This document shows, in pieces, positions 62,171 to 64,000 of a stretch of DNA of 64,000 nt. The DNA is taken from assembly GCA_000092065.1 (NCBI GenBank), contig CP000585.1. One strand, given 5' to 3'. Position 1 is the first letter of the stretch. Every line of letters begins with the position of its first letter. The notes under the pieces are model-generated. The model had not been told where the DNA came from, made no database searches, and was given only the letters and a program-made list of their open reading frames with translations. The position numbers and the translations under genes were made by a program. The stretch comes from Ostreococcus lucimarinus (taxonomy: Eukaryota).

Positions 62171-62321
62171 CTCTCGAGCGCCCGCGCGACGCGATGTGGC
62201 GGCGCGCGGCGCGCGGATGTAACAAGTTGTACAATAAATTGTCAATACAAAAATAAATGGTGAATCGACGACGCCGCGCCGTCGCGGCGTCGAATGGAAA
62301 AAATAATGAATATTTATGCCG

Positions 62322-64000
62322 CTAGTCGGCGCGGATGAACACGGGGAGGACGTCGAGCGGGGCGTCGACGACGACGCGGCGACCGCCGGCGACGGCGTTC
62401 GATTCGTCGTATCGCCGCCAAGACCCGGCGGGGAGGTAAACCGTGCGCGATGTCGCACCTTTTTCGACCACAGGGGCGACGATCATGTCGGTACCGACGG
62501 CAAACTGGTCGTCGATGGCGAACGTTTGGGCGTCGTTGGGGTCGAGCCACCACATTGGACGACAGATGGGTTCGAGGGAGGCTTTGGCGTCCTCCGCGAG
62601 CGCGGCGAGCTTGGGTAAGAGCAGCCGTTCGCGCATGTGCATCACCTTGACACTCGCCTCGTACGCCACTGAGCTCACTTCCCACGGTGGAATCGACCAT
62701 TGCACCGCGGGCATGAACGCGCTGACTTGCGCCCAGCGAATCATCAACTCGGTATCGGGCGTTTGATTCCAATACGCGTTGCCGCCGATGATGTCCGGAA
62801 GCGTGAACGGGAACCCGATAACTGCGGACGTGAGTAAGCTCGGAATGAGACTCTGTAGACCGTTATCGACGCCCCACACGGTATCTTTATCGCCCATGCG
62901 AATTAAGCCGTTGTAATTGTTCGTTCCCATCGCCACGCGCACTTCGCTCAAGGCAAATTTAGAACAAACTTTTTCCACGTATGCCTGACTGTACTCTTGT
63001 GGATGTTTCAGGGGCGTGTGCGGGCGGGCGCCGTAAGGCATGAAACAAGGCTCGCCGGCGTCAAACTTGAAACCGTCGAGTCCGACTTCTTCTTGCAGTT
63101 TCTTGAGTCGACGCACGAACCATTCGCACGCCTCGTCATTGGTGAAATCGATGCCGCGGACGGGCTGCGTGCCCCACCATCGGAACTGTCCAGGCTCAAG
63201 GTTGCCCCCACCACCGCCGCCTTCCCAGTGACCGGGTGGCCAGTCGTAGCGATCGACGAACACTTTCACAGTAGTCCCGAGGACTTGACCGACGCCTCCC
63301 GTGAGCACCTCGACGACTTCGTTCGGCGGTTGCGAGCCTTCAAGTAAGTACCCTAATCGCTTTGCCTCCTCGCACGCCGCTGAACTCTCTTGCAAGAACG
63401 GCATCACCCACGCCGTTACTAAAAATCCCATGTCGTGAAGCTCCTTGATCATGCCTTTCGGATCCGGAAACTTCACGGGATCGAAATGAAGTTCGCCATA
63501 TCGCGCTTGCCAGCGGTCGTCGATTTCGATGATCGAACCGTTCGGTAATCCCGAGTCAGATTTGGCTTTTGCGATGTCCTTAGCTACTGCAAGTGTTGAC
63601 TCTTGCGTGACATCAGCGTGCGACGTCGCCCAAGTCGTCCAGATTGGATAGAACATCAGAGACTTGTCCGGCGCGGCGCTCGGCTTTGGAAGCTGCGCCA
63701 AGGCGACTCTCGTCGCGCTCCTCGCGTCTTCCTGCGCAGATACGGCGACGCGTAGCTGCAAGCGCGTTCGCGCGTCATTCGTATTGATGCTTTGCCACGG
63801 ATGCAACATGTTCGCGTCCGCGTAATTCGCCCGTGATTGCAATCGAAGTAGTCCGTCGCCGCGTTCCGACGTCAGAGCCTCTTCCAGCGGCAACGACGGC
63901 CGGGAAGCGTTTTGAATACCGACACCGAAATACCGCGGCGCTTGACCTCGCGGGACGAATGCCGGTGCGTTCAAGCCGACGTGTAATAAATCACTATTTG
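62322..64000 (-). CDS. Glycoside hydrolase family 31, MYORG/KIAA1161-like alpha-glucosidase (5'-truncated at window edge)
   Basis: 'DGFKFDAGE' GH31 nucleophile region, 'WPPGHWEG', Trp-rich carbohydrate-binding segments. The ORF-table start is TTG and the frame stays open to the window end. The gene continues beyond 64000 or via an intron. Confidence 0.75.
   Translation of the reverse strand, partial: NSDLLHVGLNAPAFVPRGQAPRYFGVGIQNASRPSLPLEEALTSERGDGLLRLQSRANYADANMLHPWQSINTNDARTRLQLRVAVSAQEDARSATRVALAQLPKPSAAPDKSLMFYPIWTTWATSHADVTQESTLAVAKDIAKAKSDSGLPNGSIIEIDDRWQARYGELHFDPVKFPDPKGMIKELHDMGFLVTAWVMPFLQESSAACEEAKRLGYLLEGSQPPNEVVEVLTGGVGQVLGTTVKVFVDRYDWPPGHWEGGGGGGNLEPGQFRWWGTQPVRGIDFTNDEACEWFVRRLKKLQEEVGLDGFKFDAGEPCFMPYGARPHTPLKHPQEYSQAYVEKVCSKFALSEVRVAMGTNNYNGLIRMGDKDTVWGVDNGLQSLIPSLLTSAVIGFPFTLPDIIGGNAYWNQTPDTELMIRWAQVSAFMPAVQWSIPPWEVSSVAYEASVKVMHMRERLLLPKLAALAEDAKASLEPICRPMWWLDPNDAQTFAIDDQFAVGTDMIVAPVVEKGATSRTVYLPAGSWRRYDESNAVAGGRRVVVDAPLDVLPVFIRAD

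Overview
This 64-kb window is a GC-rich (about 60-65 % by eye), very gene-dense nuclear chromosome segment from a unicellular eukaryote. It is not prokaryotic or viral DNA.

I support about 39 protein-coding genes, roughly one per 1.6 kb, in alternating head-to-head and tail-to-tail pairs. Gaps between stop codons are sometimes only 13-45 bp. Some bidirectional gaps between start codons are only about 50-60 bp. Most genes read as single uninterrupted ORFs. At least three (centrin, organellar S15, ATG9) lack an ATG at the ORF start and show an in-frame upstream extension ending at an acceptor-like 'cgcag'. That points to short 5' exons plus an intron.

The gene content is plant/algal-like: topoisomerase VI subunit B, bifunctional DHFR-TS, threonine dehydratase, STT3, centrin. 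With the high GC and compact layout this fits a prasinophyte-type green alga such as Micromonas-like Mamiellales. I cannot prove the lineage without a database search.

Many leading 'M' residues in the supplied ORF track are TTG, GTG or CTG, not ATG (for example 3175, 33181, 38216, 48834, 55167, 60510, 61534, 63974). I re-derived start codons from internal ATGs.

Identified products:
- RNA-processing and nucleolar: NIFK/Nop15-like RRM protein, U1-70K snRNP, La protein with an RGG repeat.
- Membrane, trafficking and secretory: ATG9, GDT1/TMEM165 cation transporter, STT3 oligosaccharyltransferase, an Eps15-like EH-domain endocytic adaptor with DPF motifs, a TMEM131-like giant type-I membrane protein, TraB-family protein.
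- Metabolism: amidinotransferase-superfamily enzyme, threonine dehydratase, DHFR-TS, two SDR reductases, a monoacylglycerol-lipase-like hydrolase, an FAD oxidoreductase with a C-terminal CS domain, a phenol-hydroxylase-like FAD monooxygenase, a partial GH31 MYORG-like glycosidase at the 3' edge.
- Organelle-directed cluster: mitochondrial-type S15, RsfS/Iojap, TrmO, PDH-E2 (DLAT), LipB, Qri7/OSGEPL1 and Trm5.
- Other: CRIPT fused to an OCRE-like Tyr-rich motif, NT-C2 domain protein with a perfect 24-bp x ~6.6 Glu/Arg repeat, centrin, TOP6B, proteasome beta-7 (PSMB4-like), ASCH-like protein.

The most unusual locus is a 1,676-aa SUN-domain (LINC-complex) protein. Its luminal coiled-coil is built from two families of long, nucleotide-perfect tandem repeats: 345 bp x4 and 408 bp x3 or more.

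There are no rRNA, CRISPR or transposon features. I could not recognise a tRNA by eye.
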